Part shown: piece by piece, positions 25,668-38,557 of the stretch
Layout: each line of letters begins with the position of its first letter
Numbering within the stretch: the stretch's first letter is position 1
Assembly: GCA_030324005.1 (NCBI GenBank)
Contig: JARDVH010000163.1
Span: 77,415,348 to 77,479,347, forward strand
From: Negaprion brevirostris
Taxonomy: Eukaryota
DNA length: 64,000 nucleotides
Reading direction: 5' to 3'
Notes under the pieces: model-generated
Told to the model about the DNA's origin: nothing
Seen by the model: the letters and a program-made list of their open reading frames with translations, nothing else
Database searches by the model: none
Program-made: the position numbers and the translations under genes

Positions 25668-27479
25668 CTGCAGAGGAGGAAAGACAGTTGTTAAACAAAC
25701 TGTTCGGAAATAGTGGGGCCGATAGCTAGTTTATTTCACAAGTGTTATGGCAGTGATTCAGTGACAAAGCTCCCCCCATGAAGTCCACTTGTGCAGCCCA
25801 TGCTACAAAGACAGCCAACAATGAGACAGTCAGCATTTCACTACTTCCCAGACTAGGTTCTATATTGAGGAAAGACTATAACAATTAGCAACAAATTAGT
25901 CCATCAGCCCCTCTCTATGTCATCTCACCCGGTCTTCCCTACCCCATCTAACAGCTTTTCCTCACCTGAAGGTACTGATTCATGCTACAATCAAGAATCT
26001 CACTCAAATGACTAATGACTGTGTAAATAGTGCAAACACTGCAGCAAATACTGTCCTTGTCCACTGAATGCTCAAGCATGCATTCCAGCGGAGATCACAA
26101 GAGAGCAGAAGTGATTAATTTCCTCCTCCAATTCTTAGTCTGGAGCACTGAGGTAAGCTGAAGTTACTCTACCATCAACCTAGCTACGATCAGTAAATTC
26201 AGCATAGGAGAGAACCTGCTGCCTTTGGTGCACAAACACAGCAGGTCGAAAGGAACAAATAGAGCCGAGGTAGAAGATCAGCTACAATCCCACTAAATGG
26301 TAGAGGTCCAATTCCTAGCCCTTTCTGGTGGCACATTTGAGTGCTGATGTCAGTATAAGCAGCCCTGGGCTAGGAATTGGGAAACTAGCCAGAGATTCAC
26401 ACTTCTAATTAGCTTTCCCTTGTGGAAATTGGACAGGGATGTCTGAAGACAGGATCAGACTGATCTGCAATTAACAATTCAAATCAACAGACATCTGCCC
26501 ATTCCTGAATTTTCTTCCCATCTTCCCTAAAGATGTTAACTCAAACTGGGACCTAACAGCACCTTCTATTGACTCACTCAAGTGGGGACTTTTCTTGTGC
26601 ACTCAGATACACAAATCTGGTGTGATGCTATAATGCCTTTAAGAAATGTATTTTAAATCATGTTCTGTGTCTTTTTTCAAGCAAGCTTGGCCTTTCTGTT
26701 TTGGCACCATGCTGTCTATACCAGTATCTTTCATTGTTGAAGCAATATAATGGACATCTTATTTATTTTCAATTTGGTGTAATGCAGTGTCCTGGAGTTT
26801 TATGACCTGTTTTGAATAGTTGGTGAAGAATGATTGGAAGGTCAGGTTAAACCTTGGGACAGTGCTTTTTACAGGAGAAACTCAAAGGTTTTACTTCCAT
26901 TTTGGCAGAAGCTGTTGAGACTACAGACTGAAAGCAACATTCTCAGTCTCTCTGAAGTGAAAATTCTGCTGTGAGGTGCAACTAGAAGCTATAGGCAAAC
27001 AGTATCTGTGTGTCTCAAGGTATGCAAAAAGTTCCAGGACTGAGGAGGCCTGTGTTTTCAATTCAGCATAGAAAGAAATAATCTACAACAGGGGTTGGAA
27101 AGCTGCAAGGTCCAGCATCATATGAGTGTACTTACTTTTTGTGCCAAGCCTAGAACATTTGTGAGGGTTGTTTAGCATGGAACAAGAAACTCAGCTGTTA
27201 AGACTTATACAATGTTATAATTGTGCTTTTTGTAATTGGTAGAAGTTATTGCTTATTTTTCTTATTATAGTTCAATTTCTTAAGAAAATTTTGTTTGATA
27301 AAATCTCCCTAGTGGGTGTCTTGAATTATACCTTGAGTGAAGCATCATATGCTCACCTGTGCCAAATTCAAAGTGCAAGACTTATGGTCTAGGTTGACTT
27401 CACAAAACACTTTGGAGCTTCTGACCTAGATTATAACACTAGAAGTAGCAATGACAGTTAATCAGTCCAAAAAAAAAAC

Positions 27480-27830
27480 AACATACTAAGCATTTCTAAA
27501 GGCTTAGATTTGAAAATGAGATGTTATGTTAAACATACATTAAATCCTGTTTAGATAACATTTAGAGTACCATGCTGAGTTCTGGTTTTTGTATTAGGAA
27601 AATGATAGAGGCAAATGGAAAGGTACAATAATAATTTCCAAGGAGGCAGAGAGAATATAACTATCAAGAAAGCTTTAATAAGTCAGCTGGCTTTTGAGGA
27701 AAAAAATGCCGAGCAACCTTATAGCAGTCTTTGACATTGCAAAAAGGTTTAATGAAGTATTGGAACATATTTCCACTTAGTGGTGAAGAGAGAATGGGCC
27801 AAAATAGAAGATGGGCATTAATAAACCCAT
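27480..27830 (+). mobile_element. Very old CR1-like 3' fragment (a minus-strand CR1 tail also at 28330-28408)
   Basis: Degenerate ...catttagagtaccatgctgagttctgg... block resembling the LEYCVQFW region. Confidence 0.5.
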
Positions 27831-27864
27831 CAGGGAATCCATGGCAACTATATTACCAAGAGCA

Positions 27865-28092
27865 GGGGGGTCAGTTAGCTAAGTTGGCTGGATGGCTAGT
27901 TCATGATGCAGGGCAATGCCAACAGCGCAGGTTCAATTCCCATACTGGCTGAGATTATTCATGAATTCATTATTCAGTATCTTTTCTACCTTGCTCTTTG
28001 CCCGATAGGTGGTGACCCCCAGGTTAAATGACCACAAGTCAGCTCTCTAACAAAATGGGAGTGCAGCCCATGATCTTCTGGGAATATGGCAG
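27865..28092 (+). mobile_element. tRNA-head SINE, fourth family
   Basis: tagctaagttgg (A-box-like) and ggttcaattccc (B-box-like) followed by a short body. Confidence 0.5.
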
Positions 28093-28929
28093 AGCAAATT
28101 ACCAAAAACACTTAGAATGTAGAAGTCGCTACTAATAGCAGGGCTGAACAGCTTAGATGCATCTAAAGGAAAGTGTGAAATACACAAAGAAATGAATAGA
28201 AGAATATGCGAATGGGTTGCCAGAAAGAGTGATGACAAGAGGCTCATGTGCAGCAAAAATATTGACATAGACCTACTGAAATAAATGGTCTGTTTGTATG
28301 TCACTCACTTTATGCAATTCGGTCACATAAAAACATAAGAAGTAGGAGCAGGAGTAGGCCATCTAGCCCTTTGAGCCTGCCCCGCCATTCAATAAGATCA
28401 TGGCTGATNNNNNNNNNNNNNNNNNNNNNNNNNNNNNNNNNNNNNNNNNNNNNNNNNNNNNNNNNNNNNNNNNNNNNNNNNNNNNNNNNNNNNNNNNNNN
28501 NNNNNNNNCCCTATTTGAAGGAACACTACCAACCTTTCTCATGCCCCCTACTCCCTTTATTATTGGGACATCCTCAACATTTTCCCCAGACAGTGAGAAC
28601 TGGCAGGCCAATTTACCATGGGGCAGCTTATTTGAATCTAATTCTGTCCTCACTAATATTTATACAGGTGGGTTTTCTGGAAGGGATTACTGCATAATGT
28701 GAAGAATTAAGCATGTTGAATTTTTCTCCTAACAGGAGTGCTGCAGCTGATGGCAGTACCTCTACCAACCAAGCACAGCTACTGAACTTGGTTTCTGAGA
28801 CTCTATTTTGCATCAGGCAATTCACTTACTAAATGGAAAATGGCAGTAGACTGATATTTATGGCTAACATGTGCAGAACAGAGTGAATGGAACGTTCCAT
28901 CAGCCAACACTTGGTCAATGCTCTCATAC

Positions 28930-29031
28930 CTTAAGTGCTTCGAAGGTGAGCTGGACATCATTAGTCTGCTTTAGATCAATGTAGTACATCAGCAGTTCTC
29001 GAGCACCAAGCTGCATGAACACAGCCAACAA
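28930..29031 (-). CDS. DCAF1: DCAF1 coding exon 7
   Basis: LLAVFMQLGARELLMYYIDLKQTNDVQLTFEALK; tag|...|GTATGA; 102 nt. Confidence 0.95.
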
Positions 29032-29868
29032 CTAGTAAAAATCAGAAACGATGAGTTATTATTAGAAGGCAAGCCTGTAAAGCTCACCAAGTGTCATCAA
29101 TTGAATTTCACACCAGCACACAATCAGACATAATGCAATTCCCTTCAAAAAAACTGAAGTACGATTGCTGCAAGTTCTCAACCAATAAACCTAGGATCTA
29201 GAGTTCAAGGTCTGGCTAATTTTCATCTCCAATCCTGGGTCACACAGAGCAAACTATAGATCAAATAACAACGTTCAGCTTGGTGATGTGCCACTGACGT
29301 CTATTGGCAGAATTTTGGAACTGCATCATCTGTCAAATTCTTCCACAACTCAAACTGTTTTCTTCTAAAAGAACACCAAACTAGTCCCTGAAGAGGGCAA
29401 CTCTAATGGGATGCTCAGGACACTGGCCAACTCTGGGACTTCTCAAGAACCTTTTCTCTGTGATACCAGGCAATGAATATAAAGGTCAACTCTGGCAGCT
29501 CTATGAATCTTGCCTATGATCAGCGAACCGACATGGAGCGAAGAACTTTGTGGTTCAGTTTTAGTCATCAGTGCGGGGATAACACCACTGTCTGGACTTT
29601 GCTCAAAGTGCCAGGCATTGATTATAATCAGAAAGGATAGATCGAAGAGCTTGAACTCAAAATGGGGCCGTCTGAAATAGAGTATTCCCATTTTTGGAAA
29701 CCGTGAATACAACAAGCTGAGATATCATGGTACTGCACCAACAGTCTGATGCCTTTATTTATCTGTGCATGCACATCCGTACAGATGTAAAATATGAGAT
29801 AAACAAACAAGATAGGTTGCTGCATGCTTTAGACCTGAAGCAGCTCTTCAGAATGTAAACTGAACTTA

Positions 29869-31262
29869 ATTGTCCCTGTTAAGGTATAACCAAAAGATTA
29901 TCAAAGTTTCACCTCTGAGAATGCACTAATGTGAGAAACTACTGGAATAGTTACCGTTCTTAAAAGATAGTCCTTGGGTCTTGGCGTAATAGGCATAAAT
30001 GGCCATCTGTGCTCTTTCCATGAAGTGGTTTTTCCAAAAGTGTTCTTTGCTTGGTTTGATTCTGGCTACCATGTTACATGGCGAGAAACATTACACAGGA
30101 TGTGGAAGACCAACAAGAATGATCCATAGTGTAGAAGCAAATAAGCCAGAATCAGTGGCACNNNNNNNNNNNNNNNNNNNNNNNNNNNNNNNNNNNNNNN
30201 NNNNNNNNNNNNNNNNNNNNNNNNNNNNNNNNNNNNNNNNNNNNNNNNNNNNNNNNNNNNNAGTGGTAAACTATTAGATTAAGTTTCCGTAAAGGAACAC
30301 AGCTCCACTTACAGAGCACATTAAGTATGACTAGGTTTTGCAATAAAACATCAACTTATGTTGAGCACCTCCACAGGAGGTTGGCTAAAATTCAAAGGAC
30401 AATCCTGAAAAAACTTGAGAATAGGCCATCCAGCCAATCAAAATTGATCCTTCTGGTATTCCAGCTCTCCCACTATAACAATCAACATTTTGAATGTCGC
30501 AATATCTCCATTTCTGCTCATCCCACATGTTTACTGCTCCTAGTTAAGATGCCCTTTCCAATAAAATGTTTTAATTTAAATTTAAGCCCTCAGTCCTAAG
30601 TAATCTGAAGTGATGTTCTGAGTAATCTGTACACCAGAGTTACTTATATACTCTGCAGCCTGGAAAGAAAAGACAAGTTACCCTTAGAACGATAGAACTC
30701 CTACAGTGCAGAAAGAGGCCATTCAGCTCGAGTCTGCAGCAACTCTCCGAAAGATCATCCCATGAAGGCCCTCATTTCCACCCTATCCCTGCATGTTTAT
30801 CATGGTTAATCCACCTAATTTTCATATCCTTGGAATATGGGAGAAAATCAAATCACCCAGAGGAAACCAATACAGACATGGGGAGAACATGCAAACTCCA
30901 CGGAGTCATCCAAGGCTAGAACTGGACTCAGGCCCCTAATGCTGTGAGACAGCAGTGCTAACCACTATGCCACCNNNNNNNNNNNNNNNNNATTTGCTTC
31001 TACACTATGGATCATTCTTGTTGGTCTTCCACATCCTGTGTAATGTTTCTCGCCATGTAACATGATAGCCAGACTCAAACCAAGCAAAGAACACTTTTGG
31101 AAAAACCACTTCACGGAAAGAACACAGAGGGCCATTTATGCTTATTACGCCAAGACCCAAGGACTGTCTTTTAAGAACGATAACTATTCCAATAGTTTCT
31201 CACATTAGTGCATTCTCAGAGGTGAAACTTTGATAATCTTTCGGTTATCAAACAGGGAAAAT
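29869..31262. repeat. Long inverted repeat (core arms 29886-30142 and 30992-31248)
   Basis: I count 10 mismatches over the 257-bp core. Confidence 0.9.
30690..30975 (-). mobile_element. HE1-type SINE
   Basis: ...atgcaaactccac...cagcagtgctaaccactatgccacc. Confidence 0.8.
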
Positions 31263-31633
31263 GATGACCCCATCCTCAAAAGAAACAACTCTGACTACAA
31301 ACACTCAAAATAAAACTATTAATCTTGCACATCAGCCACTCAGGATGACATATGGTAGAGTGGGCTGCTGATCTGCTAATTATTGGAATCTAGCAGGGAC
31401 TATTATTTTGAAACCACCACTACTTACTGACTCCAAGAATTCTATCCAGATGAGTTTGTCAGCCCTTAACCCAGGTCTAGTGAACAAGGGTCTACAGCCC
31501 AGAACCAAAAATTAAATTTGTACCTCACCTTTCACAAAATCAGGATCAAAGCACCTTACAGCTAATTGATTGCAGTCACTTCATTAATGTAAGGAAACTA
31601 TCCCAAAATGACAGACAGAATGGGCCAAACAAA

Positions 31634-31925
31634 TGGGCAGCACGGTGGTTAACACTGCTGCCTTTCAGCATCAGGGACCCGGGTTCAATTCTGTCCTTGG
31701 GCAACTGTCTGCATGGAATTTTTGTCTTCTCCAGTGTTTGCATGGGTTTCCTCCCATTCTCCAGAGATGTGCAGGTCAGGTTGATTGGTCATACTAAATT
31801 AACTTAGTGTCAGGGGATTAGCAGGCCAAGTACATGGGATAACGAGATAGGACCTGGGTGGGATTGTTGACAATGCAGTCTCGATGGGCCAAACGGCCTC
31901 CTCATGCACTGTTGGGATTCTATGG
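31634..31925 (+). mobile_element. HE1-type SINE
   Basis: Aligns by eye with 50753-51099. Confidence 0.82.
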
Positions 31926-32456
31926 CCACAGTGCAAAATGAAGTTTCATACTGGGGTAGCAGGGGATTCTTCTATATCTAAACTGTCTATACTTGACCTG
32001 GAAGCATTTGCTTCCAACATCATATCATATTTAGCCCTCACATAAAAATAAAGTCATTAACGAAACTAATTCTGGTACGATAGCAAAAGGGTTCCATTAC
32101 TGGGCTAATAATCAAACCCAGAGAACAATTTCAAATCTCATTTAGAAAATATATCTAGCTTTTTAAACACATTAGTAAAAGCAACCATGAAGCAATTGGA
32201 TTGCTGTAAAAATNNNNNNNNNNTTGGATCATTAAAGCCCTTTAGGAGAGAAAATCTACTATTCCAACCTGGCCTACATGTGACTCTAATTCTATGCAAA
32301 CATGGTTGACTTCTAACTGCCTTTGGAAGAACCTAGCAAACCCCTCAACTGTATCAAACTTCTCAGGGATAACTAGGAATGAACAATAAATAACTCAATG
32401 TTTGCAATGTCCAAATCCCAAGAATAATTTTGTCTTAAGTCAGCCTCATTACTTAC

Positions 32457-32957
32457 CTCCTGATATTCCCCCAAGGGCGTCAAGTACTGTAGAATTAACC
32501 TTTGCTCAATAGCAGAGGTTAAAGGGAAAAGGTTATAATTATTGCCAATCACCCAAGATGACATTTCTGACCAGCTGTTCGACTGCTCGTTGCATATTCG
32601 TTCAGAGTCCAAGTTGCTAAAGCTGAGTCTCTGTTTAGTTGCTTTCCTTACATTCTCCATCTCAGTCCTTTGCCCATTCTTCCCCTTCACTCCATCCTCA
32701 TGTTCTGTGTTCTTCATAGTGGAGTTGACCCTGCTGCTGGTTTTGTGTGAGGAATTAATTTGGAAGGACACATCGTCAGTGCAGTTCTCACCATCTTCGG
32801 CTTTCGATGTATCGCCATAGTCCATGTCCACCGCCTCCTCGTCCATTGGAAGCAGTGGTGTGAAGTGTGGTCTCCGTGGACTCTGCCACTTCATCTTCTG
32901 ATTGTTTTCCAAGTCTTGTATTTGTAAATCTCGCAAGCGCTGCAACATCACTGGCAC
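32457..32957 (-). CDS. DCAF1: DCAF1 coding exon 6
   Basis: VPVMLQRLRDLQ...PLLPMDEEAVDMDYGD...IEQRLILQYLTPLGEYQE; aag|...|GTAAGT; 501 nt. Confidence 0.93.
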
Positions 32958-33604
32958 CTTTACGCAAGTTAGAAATGGATCGTTAATACTGTACATAAAT
33001 AAGAGGAAGGCGGCCCCTGGTTTAATTTCTAAACAATTACAAAATTAATTAGTTTCATTTTTAAACCAATTTCAATGCTGCTTTAGAATCAAAAGAACTT
33101 GTCTTTGTACTGAGGATTTAAATTCTCCAGAGAGCAACCACAGGGGTCACCGAGGAAAAGGGGTTTCACTTAAATTCTCCAAATTCAGCCTCCAGCAATG
33201 TTCTAAAGAACATGAGCATTTTACACCCTACTGACCTCAATGTTGACTTCAGTGGCTTCAGTCCCAACCATCTTTCTTACTTTCTGTCAGACAGCTGCTG
33301 GTAATGGATGTGGCTGCACTAGAGCCAATGGAGTGATGGGGCTGTGTTTTGGGGCTTGGGATGAGAATTGTTCATCGATGCACCACCAGTGGAGTAACCC
33401 ACATCCCTGGAATTTACCTCTTGTCACATTCCTGCACCATGACACCCCTACTCCCCCTTTGTATATCACTGTTTACAACCCTTCTTTACTTTTCTCATTA
33501 GCACTCTACTTCACCATTGATCATCACTTGCCACTTAATTACTCCTGACCCTCTTCCAAAATAAAAATTCCTCTTCAAAGTTGTTTAAAAGCCGTTCATT
33601 TTTA

Positions 33605-33715
33605 GCACCTTCCAGTTCTGATGAAAGGCCACTGGACTGATCAGTTCTCTCTCTCTCCACGAAAAGTATCTGAGTGTGTCTGAGCACTTCTAGTATTTGC
33701 TGCTTTTATTTCACT
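33605..33715 (+). mobile_element. Second Penelope-like family remnant (related pieces near 100-280, 2160-2235, 19095-19165)
   Basis: cagttctgatgaaagg...ctctctccac...tgagcacttctagtatttgctgcttttatttca; shares blocks with 5325-5465. Confidence 0.45.
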
Positions 33716-36344
33716 GAAAAGCCACTCCAGTAAACAGTGAAAGAAGAAATGCAGAAAATCAGGCCTGAACTACCATGAGGCCTACTATTCCAACACTACA
33801 TTGACACCATTAGGTAAAGGAAGGAGGGTTAGTCGCAAGGGTGAGAGTGGCAGAGGACAAAAAAGGAACTCAATTTTTTTGTGACAAGAAATCATGTAAT
33901 TATAGCACTTACATTTGTAGCAAAATGCAAATACTGCTAAGTCACTTCAAATAAGTGAAATTGTTAGACTTTGAGTGGGAAGAAGCACATTTTCCCTTTG
34001 TTTCCCTTCTATTACTATTAAGTTTATGGACCAATGCATCTGCATCAAATCACCAAAGTGACTTCAGCATTTAATGCAGTTTAGTGCATTTAATACAGGA
34101 TGAAGACATTGATCTGATTCAAAGTCTAGACTAACTACAGAACATGAACGTCCTGGAATATTGTGCACGTGAAGGCAAGCAAAGGACTTTGCAAACTGTT
34201 ACCTAATGTGACCCCATTTTAACTTACCACCAACTTTTCAAGGGCAATTAGGGATGGGTGAAAAATACTGGTCTTTCCAGGAGTGTCCACATCCCACAAA
34301 GGGATAAAAACATAGCTCCTGAAAATTAATGTGACCCCTGACCCCCGACACCAGCAAAAACAAAACAGGGATATTGCAGCATAGTAACATTTAGTATATA
34401 AAAGTATGTGGATCATGTAAGAAAATTATTTTATGTACTCAGGTTTTAGCCAAAGTCTCACATCCCTTTCGTGTTGGCAGACTTCCCACCCATCCACAAT
34501 ATAATCAGCCCCTCTCCCCAACCACACACGCATGTCGTCTTCCCAACCTCTTCCACCTCACTCACTCTGCTGCCTTTCAAAACCTCAGCCCCTCCCCATG
34601 CATCCACTCAGCAGCTCAACTGTGCCACTGAACCGCTCTGTTGCCCCTTCATGGCCAGGCTATGCCACCATGACTTAAAGCTGTCAATATATATTGCTGA
34701 AAATCCAGAGGTTTTTGACTCTAGCGCATACTGTGTTCCCTTTTGGTGATATTTTCCTACTTCTATTGTAATTCAACTAGCAGAGAATAAAGTGGTGACA
34801 TTCCCTAAAACTGGCACCTTTCCAGTACAAGTGGCGAACCTCTGGTTGTTCCCTGCCCGTGAACCGGCACTCCACCCGAGTGGTGGNNNNNNNNNNNNNN
34901 NNNNNNNNNNNNNNNNNNNNNNNNNNNNNNNNNNNNNNNNNNNNNNNNNNNNNNNNNNNNNNNNNNNNNNNNNNNNNNNNNNNNNNNNNNNNNNNNNNNN
35001 NNTTTGATTGCACTGAAGGTGGCAGCAGCCGAGGAGAGGCAGAGGTCAGAAAAAAAGGGACAGATTCCATTATCCAAAAGTTGGAATTTCATCAAGTGGT
35101 GGAAGTTTTTCAAAATTAGTTCCATTATAATTGCAGGGATAGATGCTGGAGCTTTGATGGGGGCAGGAGGGGCGACAGAGAGAAACTTGCACTATTTCTT
35201 CAACAGCTGTCAAAGGCCCTTATGAATCTTAAGCAGAAACCATATTAACTGGTCAGACTGTCAGCATCACCCCTTCCTCATCCCAACAGCAAGTGTGATG
35301 ATATGAACCAGTGCTCAAGTGTCCCAACCTATTGACATTAACTATGCCACTGCAGGAGTCTAACTGGTGGCTAGCAGGTGGCTGTTGCAAAATGGTCCAT
35401 GTGTCCTCCATTTAATCCAAGCACTGTCAACCACTAGGCCCACTGAAGATGTTCCTTCCCATGCATAATATACACACCTATGTTCCTTCACACTGTAAAT
35501 ACTCAGGCACAAAATAGACATCATGTCATCTCATACAGGCTGAATAACTGCTCCTACTTGAGCGGTTATGAATCTTTACTTTGTAACTAAATGTACTTTG
35601 AAACATATAGAGTCATAGAGGTTTATATCACAGCAACTTAACAAATGATTTTTATGCAGGTTTACACAGCAACAAAAAAGACAATTGAATTGATTTATTG
35701 TCACATGTATTGGGAAACAGTGAAAAACATTGTTTCTTGCATGCTATACAGACAAAATATACTGTTCATAGACTACACAGGGGAGAAGGACAGGAGAGGG
35801 TGCAGTGTTGCAGAGAAATGGGGTTAGACTTGCAACTTCACAAGATTGAATTCTTGCTGGAATAAGGGAAACATGGAGATGGAGTTCAACGGCTTGGGAG
35901 GATTACTGGGAATTTTAAAAAATTTATATTGATTGTCAGAGCCATCCACTTCTTCTCTGGAACCTTCCTGAAAAGCAGTAGAGGCCAGAGATTTGGCAAG
36001 CACCTTCACTTGGAGCTGAGAAATGACCCAAGGAGACCCATCAAAAAAGGAAAAGAAAACTAAACCTCCCTTGCACTTATGAAGACAACACAGTATGTAG
36101 ACAATGGTGGTGGACAGCAGGAACAGTCACTTATCCTGGAAAGGTTACATCAGATTGCAAAACAGCAAATGTAACTCTATTCAAGAAAGGAAACAGTAAA
36201 TATCAAACTGCAGGCCAGTTAGCACAACATTTGTCATAGTTAAATTGCTGCAATCAATTACGGAGGTTACAAGAGGGCACTTAGTAAATCTAATGCAATC
36301 AAGCAAAGTGAACATAGTTTTGTGAAAATGAAATCATAAATGTT

Positions 36345-36618
36345 AAAGTTTATTAGTCACAAGTAAGGCTTACATTAACACTGCAATAAAATTACTGTGA
36401 AATTCCCCTAGTCGCTATAGTCCGGCACCTGTTCGGGTCAATACACCTAACCAGCAAGTCTTTCAGAATGTGGGAGGACACTGGAGCATGCGGAGGAAAC
36501 CCATGCAGATACAAGGAGAACGTGCAAACTCCATACAGACAATGACCCAAGCCGGGAACCGAACCCAGCTCCCTGGCGCAGTGAAGCAGCAGTGCTAACC
36601 ACTGTGCTATCATGCACC
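36345..36618 (-). mobile_element. SINE with HE1-type head and a different 3' tail
   Basis: Head and body match the HE1 copies; tail 36345-36440 does not match their CR1-like tail. Confidence 0.7.
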
Positions 36619-37295
36619 TGGCACGGTATCATGTTGACTAATTTATTGGAATTCCTTGAGAAAGTAACAAGCAACGTGGAGAAAGGGGAACCTGCCAATG
36701 TGCTGTCCCAAGATTCTCAAGACATTTGATAAGGTGTCACATCAAAGATTACTGCATAAAATAAGAGCTCATGATGTGTGGGATAACATATTTGCAGGGA
36801 TAGAGGATTGGTTAGCTAACAGGAAGCAGAGAGTAGGAATCACTGTATATTTTCAAGCTGGCAAGATGTGACAAGTGGAAGGCCACAGGAATCAGTGCTG
36901 GGACCTCAACTATTTACAANNNNNNNNNNNNNNNNNNNNNNNNNNNNNNNNNNNNNNNNNNNNNNNNNNNNNNNNNNNNNNNNNNNNNNNNNNNNNNNNN
37001 NNNNNNNNNNNNNNNNNNNTGACAAGTGGAAGGCCACAGGAATCAGTGCTGGGACCTCAACTATGTACAATGTACAGCAATAACTTGGATGCAAGGACTG
37101 AATGTATGTTTGCTAAAGATAGGTAAGTAGGTTCTGAAGGATATAAAAAAAATCTGCAAAGGGACATAAATTAAGTGAGTGGACAAAAATTTGCAGATAC
37201 AGCATGACGTAGGAAAATGTGAACTTGATCATTGTTGATAGGAAGAATAGAAAAGCAGCATATTATTTAAATGAAGAGAGCTGGCAGATATAGGA

Positions 37296-37492
37296 GGCCA
37301 TGATGTTGATTACCTGTAAATACTCGCATTCCAACCATTGTTTTGTAAATTGAGTTTGTGTCTTTATATGCCCTGAAGGTGAACAGAACTCCGACTCTCC
37401 TGACAAAGGAGCAGTGTTCCGAAACCTAGTGGCTTTTGCTACCAAATAAATCTGTTGGACATTAACCTGGTATTGTGAGACTTCTTACTGAG
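37296..37492 (+). mobile_element. Penelope-like terminal fragment inserted in a CR1, 10-bp TSD
   Basis: Aligns by eye with 52210-52390; flanked by agatatagga at 37286-37295 and 37493-37502. Confidence 0.7.
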
Positions 37493-37660
37493 AGATATAG
37501 GAAGGACTTAGAGATTTAGGCATCCTGGGGTGTGAAAACAAAAGGTAGCACACATGTAGGTAGTGATTAGGAAAGCAAATTGAATGTTGCTCTATTGCAA
37601 GAGAAATAGAATATAGAAGGATATTTTGCTACAATTGTACAGAGTGTTGGTGAGATCATG

Positions 37661-38557
37661 GGGATGATTCTCCAGATGGTAGACTCGACTGGAGGCTATT
37701 TTGCGGGCTCCCCACGCCCAGGCCCCTGAGGCTGTGACTGCTGGATTTCTGGTGCCATCAGCTATGCACCAGAAATCAACATGGAGCTGTATAATTTATG
37801 GAAAGTAGAATTAGTATGTAACCCCAGGCCCGCTAGTGCCTCTGCTCTCACCAGGAGTGTTTCACCCCAGCGGGGGTTACAATAGCTCACCACTTGCAGG
37901 GAGCTGATGGTCTGACTCTGTTGGAATGGAGAGAGGCCATTGAGGCCCCCCAGAAGGTTGGAATTAGGGGCGAGGGGGGTATTCCCAACTTAGCAGTGCT
38001 AATCTGACCCCCTGGCACTGCCTAACAGGTGAAGTGGCAATGCCCAGGGGGCATCTTGGCACCACCCACCAGATATTGAACTGTGCCAAAGGGATAGGTC
38101 CTCAGTGGGGTGTGTGGGGTCCTGCTGCCACACTGCATTCGGTGGTTACAGAGCGAAGGAGTCCAGCGATCTTGATGCTGACAGATCANNNNNNNNNNNN
38201 NNNNNNNNNNNNNNNNNNNNNNNNNNNNNNNNNNNNNNNNNNNNNNNNNNNNNNNNNNNNNNNNNNNNNNNNNNNNNNNNNNNNNNNNCGCTGAGTGACA
38301 GAGCGAAGGAGGCCAGCGATCTTGATGCTGACAGATCAACGGATGCACAGTGGCCTGCTCAGTGCTATGTTGCTGGCCTCTCCAGCAGGAATAGGCCCCG
38401 GTCCTGTTTTTTTTTTAAACGTAGTTTACACTAGGGCACTATGCAGTGCAGAGTGTTGGAGATTCATTTTGAAAGTCCCACTGAAAATAACAATGGGATT
38501 TGCTCCAGTTTTTACACAAATTTGACACTTAGAATTTTTTTGAGAGAATCCCATCCC
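37661..38557. mobile_element. Non-autonomous DNA transposon inserted into a CR1 LINE
   Basis: Imperfect TIRs gggatgattctcc / gagaatcccatccc; ATG duplicated on both sides; CR1 sequence resumes across the insertion. Confidence 0.65.

Noticed and set aside
36868-37065. Direct repeats on both sides of 100-N gaps (also 24791-24910, 38145-38338, 53883-54062)
   Set aside because: Typical unmerged contig overlaps or collapsed tandems; cannot be called biological without reads.
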